Source: Podarcis vaucheri
Lineage: Eukaryota
Reading direction: 5' to 3' (one strand)
Assembly (NCBI GenBank): GCA_965113315.1
Contig: OZ220369.1
Length of the DNA: 64,000 nucleotides
This document shows positions 36,501 through 55,277 of this stretch, piece by piece (the first letter of the stretch is position 1; each line of letters starts with the position of its first letter). The position numbers and the translations under genes are program-made. The notes beneath the pieces are model-generated. The model did not search any database, was not told the origin of the DNA, and saw nothing but the letters and a program-made list of their open reading frames with translations.

Positions 36501-38734
36501 CATCATTCAGTTTATAAGAACGTAAGACTGTGGATCAGACTGATGGCCCATTTACCTCAGCCTCCTCTTCTCACAATGGCAGACCAAATACCTGCCTCAA
36601 GCAGGACTAAGCACAAGAGCAACTCTCCCCTCCACGACACAGTATTAACAGACCCTCCAAGTGTCCCTGTTTCTCCCTAGATTTACAGAAGTCACCCTGG
36701 TTTCTAATTTGATCCCAGAATGTCCTCCTTTTCCTTTGGACGTCTCTATTTTCAACAGAGAAATGCTGGAGAGTATGGAGTCGAGGCAAGGAGATAAGTA
36801 ACTATACAACCTTTAGTAGACATCCAAAGGTAGCCCTGTAGAGGGAGGGTTTTTAAAATGTTTAATGTTTTTATGTATGTTGGAAGCCGCTCAGAGTGGC
36901 TGGGGCAACCCAGTCCGGTAGGCGGGGTACAAATAATAAAATTAGTATTAGTATGGAATAGGGTGTTCCCGTTTTCATTGCAGAAATGTAGGAGGGTATG
37001 TAATAATAGCTGCTGCTCCCCAGAAAAAAGGTAAAATTGGGGCACATTAACCAGGATCTGCTAAAGCATTGCTTCTGCCTCCTTCCCTGACTGCTTCCTC
37101 CAGAGGTGCAGTTGAAGAGATTGGGAATGGAAAAGAGGCGGTGTGTGTGTGTGTAAATGTTCCTGCCTTTAACCAGCTTCCAAAGAGGAGCGAATTCTGT
37201 GTGTTTCTGATAGGAGGGCCCCAGCCCTGCCAAAACAAACAGGAGGGGAGAGCTTGGCCGCCGTCCAAGAGTAGCAAGGGGCCCTTCGAGCTGCCGAGCC
37301 TCGGATGTCGTGCGGGCAGAGCGCGAGAGGAGTCCTCTAGGCAAAGCTTTGAAAACCGGCCCAGGAATGCGCCTGCCACAGGGCTCCCACAGCACAGCTG
37401 CGCGGCGTGTTTAGATAGCATCCTTCGCGCCACTGGAATGTCGGGGCAGGGAGCTAGCAGGGTGGGTCGCTGGCCTCTGCGAGGGGAGCACAGATCTGCC
37501 CCCACCAAAAGCACAGAAAGTGAGAGGTGGCCTTCTTTCGAAAGCTGGATGCAAACTTTTGAGTTACACTGGATTCTGCAGGCAGAGGTGTACAACATAG
37601 GGAGTTGCCTTATCCTGATCTGGCCCTGGAGTGTTCAACCTGACAGATTTAGGCTAGAAAGCTTTTCTGGTCTCTGATACTATTTTAACTGGAGCTGCCA
37701 TAAATTCCACCTAGGTCCTTCTGCACTTCAGAGTTTCCTGGTTTTTTTGAACCACCTCTTTAGAGACATAGGTTCCCAGGTTCACCTTGGTGCAGCAGAT
37801 CCTGACTTTTAAACGCGAGTTGCTGTCTGTATCACCTTTGGTCACAGAATCTTAGCTGGAAGGGGTTCCCAAGGGTCATCCAGTCCAACCCCCTGCAATG
37901 CAAAAATCACAGCTAAAGAATAGCCACCCAAACTTTAAAAACCTCAAACAGAGGAGAGTCCACCACCTTCTCAGGCAGTCCATTCCACTGTCAAACTGCT
38001 CTTACTGTCAGGCAGTTCTTCCTAATGTTTTGGGGCTATTTTATAATATTGTTTTATAAAATCTTTAAATATTTTAAAAGCCAGTCCCACCCATACAGGG
38101 CAAAGAGCTCTCTTTCTCTCTCCCTCTCCCCCCCCCCTGAGATATTGTTTCCAAGAGAAATCCCTCTGTTCGTTCTACAAATTGATGTCAACAATCAAAT
38201 TGATAATCAATCACTGTTCAGCTGAGCATGACCAGCAGGCGCAAAGAGTTGTTTGGAAAAAAAGTTACAGCCAGTCAATGGAAGGAGGAGACTTACAGTA
38301 TGTTACAGTGTAAATTCTGTCATTCAGGGCTTTCAAACATTTCACATACACCATAACTTCCTGCAATCCTTACAATGACCCTGAAAGGTAGGTCACTATT
38401 ATTCCCATACTGTACATGTAGCGTGGGGGAACTGAAGCTGAGAGGAAGTGACATGTGTTGCCAGCAGAGGCAAATTTCAAATGAGGGTGTTATCCATACA
38501 CATCTCAGCCTAGACAATGCTAAAATAAAGAGAAACCTAACCAAACAACAACCACCCCCCCAAAACTCGTCCAGCTGCATTTGAAGCAGTGAGGGTGTGA
38601 GGCGACGGAACAGGACTTCTGGAGCAAACTGAGTGAGAGAAAAAGTTTAAGCATGCCTCCAAAGTCAGTTTGCTGCTTGGAGGCCAAGTCTGGCCCCGGG
38701 GGATCAGGGTGGAGAACAGTGCCTCTCCCCAGCT

Positions 38735-39358
38735 TCAGTCCCCCTGGTAGATGATTTTGATGGAGGTGTCCGCCTCTGCTTCCTGCTTGACGCTGCAGCT
38801 CAACGTTGAGAAGAGACAGTGATTCACTTCTTCCAGCCAGTCCAAGATGCGCTGCTCGGTCTCAGGGTCAAGCTGAGGAGGCCTATCCCGAGAAGAGAGA
38901 CAGTCCGGCTCTTCTTCTGCCTCCGACGCCCGATCTCTCTGAGGCTCTTGTGGGCCGTGGGCCGTGTGGGGCGGCCCGGTTCCTCTGCGCCCGAGGCCTT
39001 CCCCAAGCAGGAGCAGCTGCCCTCCCCACACATAGGGTGCAGAGTGCCGCCCACTGGGCAACGGAGGCAAGAGGAGGCTCTGAGAGAGAGCGCCATGTCC
39101 AGGGACTCTTCTCACGTGATGGGAAGGAGCAGAAGAACCATTCCGTGCTCCTGGACTCAGCCTGGCAGGCTTGCTGCTGTGGCTTTTCCTTTGCTCTGCC
39201 CAGGCCTGGAAGGGCAGCGGTGGCTGTCGAGAAGGCCCTGGTGCCAGCAGCCCGCGGGCAAGGGGGGCACGCAGGCCCCGCCGCGACCCAGAGGCCAAAG
39301 ACCTCCCTGCGATGGAGGCCGAGAGGCGATGGTCTCCTCCTCCTCGTGGCTTTGCCAT
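38735..39358 (-). CDS. Uncharacterised protein, ~207 aa, single coding exon; low-complexity Pro/Arg/Ser-rich body with ordered C-terminus (LDPETEQRILDWLEEVN...DTSIKIIYQGD*)
   Basis: First true ATG of ORF 38735..39433 is at 39358; preceded by a polypyrimidine acceptor (ttctctccctttccaag, ~39405); CpG-retaining, repeat-free; protein-like amphipathic C-terminal motif. Confidence 0.6.
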   Translation of the reverse strand: MAKPRGGGDHRLSASIAGRSLASGSRRGLRAPLARGLLAPGPSRQPPLPFQAWAEQRKSHSSKPARLSPGARNGSSAPSHHVRRVPGHGALSQSLLLPPLPSGRHSAPYVWGGQLLLLGEGLGRRGTGPPHTAHGPQEPQRDRASEAEEEPDCLSSRDRPPQLDPETEQRILDWLEEVNHCLFSTLSCSVKQEAEADTSIKIIYQGD

Positions 39359-39924
39359 CCACCTCCTGGCGCCTCTTCTCTCACCTTCTTTTTTGTTACA
39401 GAGCCTTGGAAAGGGAGAGAACGAACTCCACAAAAAGGCTCGCCTTGTCGTTCAGCTAAGGCTTCTCTTTTTTTCTCCGGATCACCCCAAGTGGGAAGAT
39501 GTATCCCCTGGAAATCCCAAGCTCCAATAAACCGAAGTGGGGGACTTTCCCTGGCAATGCAGACACTCCGCAGGACCTTGTCGAGTTACAGGACTCTTGT
39601 GTGGTCTACGGCTGAAAAACGACACTGGCAACTGACAAGGCTGAGTCTTTCATTATGCAGAGATCGGCTGCATGGTTTTCTCGGTAACAAAAGTCCCTGT
39701 TTGCTCCAGGGAGGAGGAGGAAAATGCCTCGTTGCCAGCAGATCACACTTGAGTATTCCAGCAACGAGGACGGCAACGTGTACAGGACGGTCACCCTCCA
39801 AATTTGGCTGCCTCATTTGCAGCCGTACATCAAGTAGAAAAAATAAACAACAAACCAAGCTAGCGCAAGGGAAATTGCTGGATTAGGTGGGGCAATCAGA
39901 TTCTTATTTTAATGATGTGGAAGT

Positions 39925-40420
39925 CTGCCCTGGTCAGACCCCACCTGGAGTCCTGTGTCCAGTTCTGGGCACCACAGTTTAAGAATACTGACAAGCTAAA
40001 TGTGTGCAGATGTGGGTTGACCAAAGGTCCAAGGTCATAAAGGTGGCTAGAAACCAAGCCTTATGAGAAATGCTTGAGGGAGTTGGGTATGTTTAGCCCG
40101 GAAAAGAAAATACTGAGAGGTGATGTGAAAACCATCTTCAAATATCTGAAGGGCTGCTCCATGGTAGCTTGTTCCCTGCTGCTTCAGAGGGGATGGCCCA
40201 AACCAATGGGTTCTAATGAGAAGAGATTCCCACAAAACCTTAGGGAGAACTTTCTGCCAGTAAAAGGTGCTCTACGGCGGAACGGATGACTTTGGCAGGT
40301 GGTGGACTCTTCTGCACTGGAGGTTCCTTAACTGAGGCTGGATGGCCATTTGTCAGGGATTCTTTAGCTGTGATTTCCACATGGGAGGGAGCAGGACGTG
40401 ATGCTCATTGGGCTCCCTTG
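39925..40420 (+). mobile_element. CR1 LINE 3' fragment (degenerate ORF2 C-terminus)
   Basis: Translates to LVRPHLESCVQFWAPQFK...LRELGMFSPEKKILRGDVKTIFKYLKGC, typical of the CR1 ORF2 end. Confidence 0.85.
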
Positions 40421-41264
40421 CACCCCTAGTCGTTGATTCAGGGATCTCTAATATTCTTAAGCAAAAACTTCAAAACAATCCTATTAAGCCTGCCCTTATT
40501 TAGAGATCCTGAACCTTTGACTCTTGAATGTTATTGACCATAGGCTTTCAGGAGGCAGGGGGCGTTGGTGGAGAGAAGAAAGACCACACAAGATCCCGTA
40601 TATACATGCACCAGGGTGGGCCGGCTTCAGGAGAGGCTGGAAACTGCTCTCTGTTAATATTAGGCTAATTTCTTTCCTCTCCCCCCTGACCCTCAAGGGG
40701 CCCGTGAAAAATCTTTTGAAGGTCCTCTGGAAATCTCACTTACATAAACATTCGCTGGGAACGCGTCAAATGCTCTAGTTTAATGGACCTCTCATTCTCC
40801 CACCCACCCCAACACAAATCCTGGTTTTATTTTTAAATGGATCAAATTGCCATTCTGATGCCCTCCCTCAAACTACCAGCTATGCAGAAATCACGACCTT
40901 AAGAATAGCCGAATGCCTTAAGAGAGTGATGGGGAGCCTGTGCCCATGCACAAAACTTTGTTGAACTTCACTGAACCCCACTGGGGTTGATGGTAGTTAA
41001 GGGTTTCCCGTCACTCTTGAAAATATGGGAGCACCCTCCATTGCTAAACCAAATTCTGATTACAGCAGTCCTTCAGCTTAATTTGGAGCCGAGTTCATCT
41101 CAACCCAGCGTAAGAAAGCTTGACACAGGGTCCAATGTGGAATGCCACACTTTTTTCTCTGGCTCTTGGGTCTTTCCCTAGAGACGCACCTATACAGGCT
41201 CTGCTTTGCACCCTCTGTGAGTGTTTTTGCCTTGCTGAAATGCCCTTAAATTCTGGGGATGATG

Positions 41265-41482
41265 ATTAATTACATTTGCACCTCACCTTTTTCTCCAAGG
41301 AGCTCAAGGCGGCTTACATAGTTCTCCCCATACTGTTCTCACAACCACCCTGTGAAGTAGTTAGGGCTGAGTGCAAATGGCTGGCCCAAGATCACCCAGC
41401 AAGCTTCATGTCTGAGTGGGGATTTTAACCCCAGTCTTCCAGGCCCTTGTCTGATATTCTAACCACCATGCAGCACTGGCTC
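41265..41482 (-). mobile_element. tRNA-derived SINE (Squam3-like), near full length
   Basis: Reverse complement of the same consensus; further fragments at ~2205-2330 and ~2835-2945. Confidence 0.75.
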
Positions 41483-42890
41483 AAAGCTTCTTACTTGCCT
41501 GGAGGATAGAGAGGGGCATAGAAACAAGCTTACTGTGCAAAGTCATGCCTGTTGCTCCACCCACTTTTGACCGTGGCCCTGGCCACCACTGGCAATGTGC
41601 CCCCCAGAAGGCTGCTTGAATAAGAATGTGGCCCTCAAGAGTGAGAAAGATTCATGGCCCCAAAGTAGCACGGACAGGCACTTCTTCTGGCAGGGCTCAG
41701 GTTACTCTCCTGAGGTTGTTGACTCTCCTTTCTTGGAGGTTTTTAAGCAGAGGTTGGATAGCCACATGACATGCATTCTTTAGCCGAGATGCCTGCATTG
41801 CAGGGGGTCGGATTAGATGGCCCTTGGGGTCCCTTCCAACTCTACAATTCTAAGATTCTACGAAGACAGCCAGCCCAGAAGAAAAGTTTAAGGGGGCTGG
41901 GTCAGAAATTAACAGCCACTGCTGCCTCTATCCCCACTCTTATTATGAATCTGAATAAGATGATGGCATCCCCCGCCCCCAATGAAAAGGAGCACAACTC
42001 AGGCTGATTACAGATCCATGATAAACACGCTGGGAAGGGACTAGCGCCACAGAGTGGGTATGCGATATTACTGTTAAAACTGTTACGGTGTGACATGAAA
42101 AAAAATCTGATCAGGCCCTTTGGAGGAAAAGTTCAGCATAAACTGAAATAATGAATGGAAGTTCGCACACTTGTCATTTTCTCCTTTATTTGTACTCTTT
42201 CCCCCCCGCATCACTGGCTGTTACATTTCCCAGTTCGTCCATGCAATCAATGAAGGCTAGAAACTTGGACCACGATACAGGCCTTTTAGGCACAACCAGA
42301 GGGGTTGTGTACATGGTCCTGCGTTATTACCAACTTTTTGTTGCCCCTGTGGAGAGCAGCTCATGGCTCTTCCCAATGGCAAACCACTGATTTTGAAAGA
42401 AGCGTCAGTTTCAAAAACCGAGTTTTCTACGTGGCACGAGGGAGGAAGGGTGGGGTAGATGCTCCCCAACACACACAAGTCTGCAGGCCTGTTTGTATGG
42501 CTTCATGCTACTCTGCTGGCAAGATGTGAAGAAAAGCCAGCGTGGCATAAACTGAGTTTGGGTGTCAGTGCAACCTCTCACATACTCTGGAAGACACCTG
42601 AGTGTCATGGGGAGAAGAGGACTTCAGAGGGCGGCAGCAGCAGCAGCACCACCACCCAGGTCAAGGTTACAAAGCAGGCTTCAGAGTCTGAAGCAATAGC
42701 AGGCCACATCTGTATTGCTAGAAAGCACAACACCTGATTACAGTGGTGGTGGCAGGTGAGGGTGGGTGTGTCTCTCACACCCACAAAGCTTCCTACCTGG
42801 CCCCGATGCCCAATTATGCAGAGATTATAGAGTACCATTATGCCACGTGGATATTAGTGTGTCTCATTAAAATAAATATGATCCTGCACC

Positions 42891-42896
42891 TTTATT
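42891..42896 (-). terminator. Candidate LRRC47 polyadenylation signal AATAAA
   Basis: TTTATT on + strand ~220 nt past the stop; a second candidate near 42186. Confidence 0.5.
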
Positions 42897-43113
42897 CAAG
42901 AGATCCGTGTGGATCCCTGGCTTGGGTAGAAGGTCTTCGAGTCTCTCTCGAGATCACAAAAACTCTGCTTTTAGCTGTCAACCAAGCCCTCTCCAAAGCA
43001 CAGCATTGGATTTCTGGCTGACAAGTTAAAGAAACGATAAAATCCTGCAAGGGGAGGCTGCTCACAAATGCTGTCTAGCGTGCCCCACAACAGGGAAAGG
43101 AAACCAAAGGCGC

Positions 43114-49020
<5,907 letters not shown>

Positions 49021-49028
<8 letters not shown>

Positions 49029-49125
49029 CTTTCTCTCTGCTGGGCACAGCCGCTTCCGCTTCCGGCGTCAGCAGCGCTTCCGCTTCCTGTGCCGTCAGTA
49101 ACAGAAAAAATAGGAAATGGCGAAA
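49021..49125 (-). promoter_or_regulatory. LRRC47: LRRC47 CpG-island core promoter: tandem ETS/GABPA sites and YY1 motif overlapping the start codon
   Basis: GCCGCCATCTT (YY1 consensus) at 49021-49031; CGCTTCCGCTTCCGG and CGCTTCCGCTTCCTG at ~49051-49090. Confidence 0.75.
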
Positions 49126-52100
49126 TGTCCTATACTGTATAGTCTTATGAAGTGGGCGCAGAAAAGCGGGCGGACGTGTGTGTGGCGCATATGGGTGATA
49201 TCCTTAAAAAAGATTTGATTGTAATTTTAAATTTATTTCCCGCCATTCAGCAGGCCCCAGCGCGTTACATTTTCAAATGTAGAATTCAGAAGTAAAAATA
49301 TTACGTGAAAAGCATGTAGATACGGGACATCCAGTTGCCGCTTCCCTTGCTCATTTGCACGGTAATACAATGAAGAGGCCGCTCTAGCCCAACATCCAAC
49401 TTCCATGGTATCTTTATGGTTGTCTGCATAGGTTGCCCCTCACCGGATGTAAACCGCCCTATACTAAAAACTCTATGGCTGTCAAATAAACGAAAACGGT
49501 GCGCCCGAAAGGATAGCGGGCAATCACATCGGGCTTCCTGCGTTTCCTTTTATGTTTGATTGGAATTAACCGAGGAGCTGATTTGCAATTGCCATAACAA
49601 TCAATTTAAATTAACACTGTTTGTTATTAAAATTCAATAATTTTGTGTGTGAAAATAATCATTCATTTAAAAGTGCCCAAAGCACATTCTGTGATTCTCT
49701 ATATGGTGGTTTGTCCATATAGATATGGTCCGAGTGGTCTGCGTACTCTGAAGAAATGTCTGCCGAATGGTGGCTATCTGAACTGCCTCCCTGATGCATG
49801 CAGGGCCCAATTCAAAGTGCAGGTGATGAAACAACGGCTCAATAAGCCTGGATGTATCTTTTAAAAAGCCTTCAGGCCCATGTCCCACTATGTCAGGGAT
49901 TGGGCAGCTATGGCCATCCAGATGTTGCTCCATTCCAGCTCACTCCAGCCTGATCACAGAGATACCAGTGATCGGAGTTGCAGTCCAATCTCTGGAAGAC
50001 CACAGGGACACAGGAGGCTGCCTTATGCCAAGCCAGAAAGCTTGTCCATTGCACATAGTTTTTACTGACTGGCAAAGGTTCTCTGGGATCTCCAGACAAG
50101 GATCTCTGGTTCCCAAACCTTTTGTCCTACCCATCCATTCCATCTTTTGAAAGTTGATGGGTGTTTCATCCGACCACTTAGCAAACTTTTGCTGTTGTAG
50201 TACACATCAAAGCACATGCATACATGTTATAAAGTTTACACCCAACTAATATTTTAACAACTAGTCTTGCCTTTCTAATGGAACAGATGCACCCCTTTTT
50301 AATGGATGAGAAACTCAGTTCTATAATGTACTATATGGGAGCAGGTATTACCTTTCAGTTAACTCCATCCTGTGAAACCCTTACCAGCACATAGCTATCT
50401 GTGGCCAATATAATAATGAAACAGGAAGAGTTGGCTAGATTGCATCCAATGAAAAACACAAATGCAGCTGACAGAATGTGACCAATAAAAACTATGTAAT
50501 ATACAAGTGATACTATTTAAAAAGCCACAGATTTTCATCTGGCTTAAAAACAAATGTTTTTTCCTTAAGTGCTGGCATCATTGTCAAAAATCAGTGCCAT
50601 GTCAGTAGTCCTTATTAGCTTGAAATTTTGGCCCTGATCAACACAGACTTGATCTTTGTTGTCCAGTAAAATAAATCAAGTGCTGAGCCAAACACCAATG
50701 TTCTCAAATGTTTGCAAGTTTGTTGTGGACCACCTGATATCATCAAAGGTCCACAGACCACCTCTGCACTACCTGATCTGCACTATGCTACGGACTTCAA
50801 CATCAGCTGAAAATGCTGCCCAAAGCTTAACTTCTATGCGCAAATCAGACCCACAAGGCTAAGCAGAATTCTTAGCTGCTCTTCTCTGTGGAATTCCCTT
50901 CCTCTGGAGATTCACCCAAATCTGAGCTTGTGTGCCTTTTCTTTAAACAGTCCAATTTTTAATATTTTTATTATAGAATTGGGCTATGGTGGCAAGGACA
51001 GGGCAGAGCATAACCAGTACCAAATCTTTGGAATGGGGGACTACATATAGAACACAATAAACACAGAAATAAAGATATATTTCAAAAAGAGAAAAAGAAT
51101 CACTACCACTCCTTGTTGAAATATAGACCTTTATTATCAGAGCAGTACAAACCTGTGTGCAAGTTGATGTAATAAAAGGAGTGCAAAACTCTGGAATCAG
51201 GCCTGCTATCCAGCAATTTGCTCATTTCCTACAAAACCATACAGCATGGCTAAGTTGCAACATGGCAAGCTATCCAACTTAAGTCTTGAAAACCCCAACT
51301 GAAGACGTGTTGGCGCCAGCTCCCTTAGATGAGCCTCTGACTGGAGACTGGCTTGGTGGGGAGTTGCAACAAACCTTTGCCCCAGATTGGGGAATCTGAA
51401 GGGCAAGCACACATCTTGTGCACCTAAAGATATCCTGCGTTGGAAGTTTTCTCCTGCAAACACGTTTCCCTCCTTAGAGATAACTCGGTTATTTCTAGCC
51501 AAGGTCACCAAGATCCTGTGATTACACAGGAAGGTGTACAGGAAGGCATGTTAATGCAGGAAAAGGGATGACACTCAGGGGTAAAAAAACAGGGGTATTT
51601 AATCTGTATCCCACTGGCTGTTCTCCCAACCCCACCCCTCCACTGGCTTTTTTTACCTGTTATATGCAAAACAGGCCTGGTTTGGGTCAAAGCAGTGAAC
51701 GGGGGTTCTAGGTGCATGCGCAAGTGGGCTCCCCGGCTGCTTCTCTCCTGCCCCAGGATTCCTGTTCTTCAGCAGACAAAAGGGTTGGGAACTTGCATTT
51801 GCCAATGTAACTTCTTGTTCTGCCCTAAACAAGCCAAAGGACAATCCAGGCCTTTGTTTGGGGAAACATCCACCTCCCCTCCCCTTCTGTGTTTCCATCT
51901 GCCCCTTTCAGCAGCAGCTCATGTGCATCATGACCCACAGCATCGTATCTGTGGCCTGGGATGGGCCAGGGCTGAGGGCTTCAAGAGGTTCCAGTACAAG
52001 GCTTGACTTATGGTAGCTTCCGTGGGGATGGAACAGGGTTGAGAGGGGCTCAGATAAGGAGGTGGAACGTGCAGGGCACGTTCCGCAGCTGTTACAGTGG

Positions 52101-55100
52101 CCCCCAGACCCCACTTAAGTGGGCAGGAAAGAGCTTTTCTACGCAACTCACTCAGTGGGTGGGTGTGGAGTGATAAATACACCAACCTGTGCCTTACTCT
52201 TACTTGATGTGCTTGTGAGTAGATAAAAGGAATGCTGTGTGCGCGCGCCCATAGGTATGTTTGATTTGTGCCAGAAAGCGTGCAAGTGCTTAATGCCCAC
52301 TTATGCTCCTCGTAGCACAGCACAACCATCTAAAATTGGAAGTGTCCCACCCCAATCAAAAGTCTTTCCTCTGCTGTGCTAGGTTTGCTGCCCTACCTGC
52401 GAGGACTAGAAAAGGAAGGCTAAAGCAAGTCTTTTCAGAAGGAAAGGAATGAAAGCCCCCTAAGAAAAGCCCTGCTGAATCAGCCCAAGGGGTCCATCTA
52501 GCTTAGCGCCCACCAGATGCTTTCTAGGAGCCCATAAGCAGGGCTAGAAGGGCAGCAGGGTCGCTTTCCCCACTGCCCAGTCTCTAGCTCTTTTAAAATT
52601 ATTTTTTAATAAAGAGGTATGTTACATCTGCATATACACTGAGCCAGGGGCAGTGCATCCTGTTTCACCGCTTGAGGCAAAATGGGAAATGCTGCCTGAC
52701 CCTGCTGTTGCCGCCACTATACCTGCTCCTGCTACTGCTCGCTGTGCCACCAGTATGTCTCCTACTGCATCTGTCACTGGCAGAGAAACAGCACTGCCAT
52801 TGGCACTGATTTCAGGCAAGATCACACTGATTCAGGGTGAGATATTGCCCCAAATAGATGTGATCTTGCCTGAAATGGGCAGTGCTTCTCTGCTGCTGGC
52901 AGAGGTGGTAGGACACTGCTTTGGGGGCTTCTGCTGCCTAAGGCAGCGGCCTCATTCTGCCTAATGGCTGGCAGGCTCTGCACAGAGCTTCCACCTGACT
53001 ATCTCATTCAATCCCCCATGAACTTATCTATTTTTTTTAAAAGCCATCTAAACTGGTGATCTCTAGACTCCTTCTGTTGCCTCCAAAATCCCTCTAGTCT
53101 ACACAGTTGCGAGGCCGTAAAAAATAAAAGGTTAACGTTCACAGTAGTATCTACCCTTTCTTTCTGCTTGTTGAAGAGTTTGCACAATTCAAAAGCCTGC
53201 AGATCCCGCACCAGCCATTACACATCTTATAAGAAGATGCAGAACAAGTTTGATTATGCTGTCCTTTCAGACGATCCGTTAAAGTGAAGGATGGGATGGC
53301 AACTAAACCCTTTCATGACTTGATTAACATTCCTGAGGTTGTTAAGGATTTTCATTAACCTGATCCAGTGGTTTTCAAACTTTTCCATTACATGGGAACT
53401 CCTTTCCCATTAATGGATGCATTGTTTTATCATCCAAAGTGTTATGCTATGCTCTCTGAGGGAGAGCAACCTCCTAGAGAGATTGGAAAATCCTCGTTTG
53501 GGAACACAAGGCTGATATATTATTTAGATCTGCAAGAACTGCAACCACCTGTCAGTTCTCATTTCCAGAGTGCTTTGCACATAGCGAAGATTCTGGGTTC
53601 TCCCCTCTTCCCTATTGCTTCTTAACATAATGTGCTGTGCCCACACATGTGCTGGGTTACTAGAACTGCCTCTTGAGCTCTAGAGATTCTGGTCTGCCCC
53701 ATCTTTTCAAGCAGAACATGATCAAATAGGTCAAATGGGGCAGCTCTGGTTGGACCTCAGTAGTTTAGACTGCAGGTAGGGGAATTAAATGCTTTGAAAA
53801 TGAAAACATCCCAAGGATTCAAGGGATGGGGAGCCTGTGGACCTCCAAACGTTGTGGGCTGGGGCTGATGGGAGCTGGAGTCCCACAACCTCTGGGGTTG
53901 TACCCAAAGTGCGTCCCGTTGATGTTTATTGGCATAACTCACTGCTTTCGGTGGGTCTACTCTGAGTAGAACTAGGTTGGATACAACCGTTGGAGGGCCA
54001 TCAGCTGTCCATCCATGATGTATGCAGAAACTCTAGTATGTCAAGGAGAAGGCCAGGTGAGAGCCCTTTCCTCTGACATTGGAGAGGTTTCTTTTTTTAA
54101 CAAAGTATGCAAGCATTTAAGCATGCAATTCCCACTCCTACCCCCCACTTGAAAGATGAAATGGAACAGCCAAAAGCTGTACCCCCCATACCACCCAAAT
54201 GGCACAAACTGGTTCTTAGGCCAATATTTATTGGCCCCTGCAGTTCTCTCATATGTGCATTTGGAGGTGATGGTGGATCAGCAAAACTTTCTAGAAAATA
54301 GGGTGAGGAATGTACCTTTCAACCAGACAGGAAGAGGGCAGAAAGGCCTATGGTTGGCAGCCCGGCTGCCTAGTTTGTGGGGCTTAAATCTGCATTTCTC
54401 TTGTATCTGATTATGAACAAGGAACAGGCATGGCCTTCCTAGGGTGCCTCAGGTGGTAGGGTTTTTTTTTTTGGGGGGGGGACAATAAGAGCAGCAGAGT
54501 GGGAGACAAACACATCAGACTTATGTGGGGAACATCTCCTGCAGAAACCCCACAGAATCCAGTGGGGAATCTGCAAGAGCAGCAGGAGACGCAACAGATC
54601 CTAATGTGTAGAACACACCTCATGGGCAAATGCTTCAGGCTGAGCCTAGACTGTAAGTCACTGCCTAGAGAAATTCTTATGAGAACTAGGTAGGGCTAGG
54701 AGAACTAGGAGAAAGACTGGCATGGCAAATCCCACCAAATTCAGACAACCCATGTAACATAAGAACCCACCTCCTTGTGCCTGGGCCTGTAGTGCAAGGA
54801 GAAAGTGACCCAGAAACTAGAGGGTGTAAGAAGGCTTAGACAAGGCTTCCTCTTCCCCCTGCTTTTGTGCTGCAAGAGATCACAGTCGAGGAGTGAGCAC
54901 CCACCAGATGGAGTTTTTGATGTGCAACTTCTCCACCTGTGTGGACAATCCCCAGGGAAGAGAGGACCAACCTATCGGAGCCAAACAATCATACAGAGAC
55001 ACGATTGGCTTATAACTGTGCCACTTGGGGAAGGAGAGGAGTGTGAGGCAAGGTACCGCCGCTATCTGCAAGCAGAATCTTAGAGCGAGATACGTAAAGT

Positions 55101-55140
55101 GCAGCCGGTTGCGGAGCCAAAAGGAAAGAAGAGATCCGCG

Positions 55141-55277
55141 TCATCGCTTTGCATACGTTCTGCCAGTGCTTTTATTCATGCCTCCTCGTGGGGTGGGGAT
55201 CTTGCTGCCAACCGATGGGGAGCGAAGCTTCATGCCCGTCGGCCCGGATCTGTTGAGAGGTGCTCCAACAGGCCTGC
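55141..55277 (-). CDS. CEP104: CEP104 last coding exon with SKIP (EB1-binding SxIP) motif
   Basis: ttttcag|GC AGG...GSKIPTPRGGMNKSTGRTYAKR TGA. Confidence 0.94.

Noticed and set aside
38819-39886. 355-aa plus-strand ORF, the longest in the track
   Set aside because: Non-ATG start, no domain-like sequence, antisense to the more plausible minus-strand ORF in GC-rich DNA where stops are scarce.
40400-43100. Expected SMIM1 gene downstream of LRRC47
   Set aside because: No exon encoding a SMIM1-like transmembrane segment or GYYVHKC-like end was found by eye.
49200-49560. Possible snRNA/ncRNA upstream of LRRC47
   Set aside because: No recognisable RNA family sequence; better explained as upstream promoter DNA.
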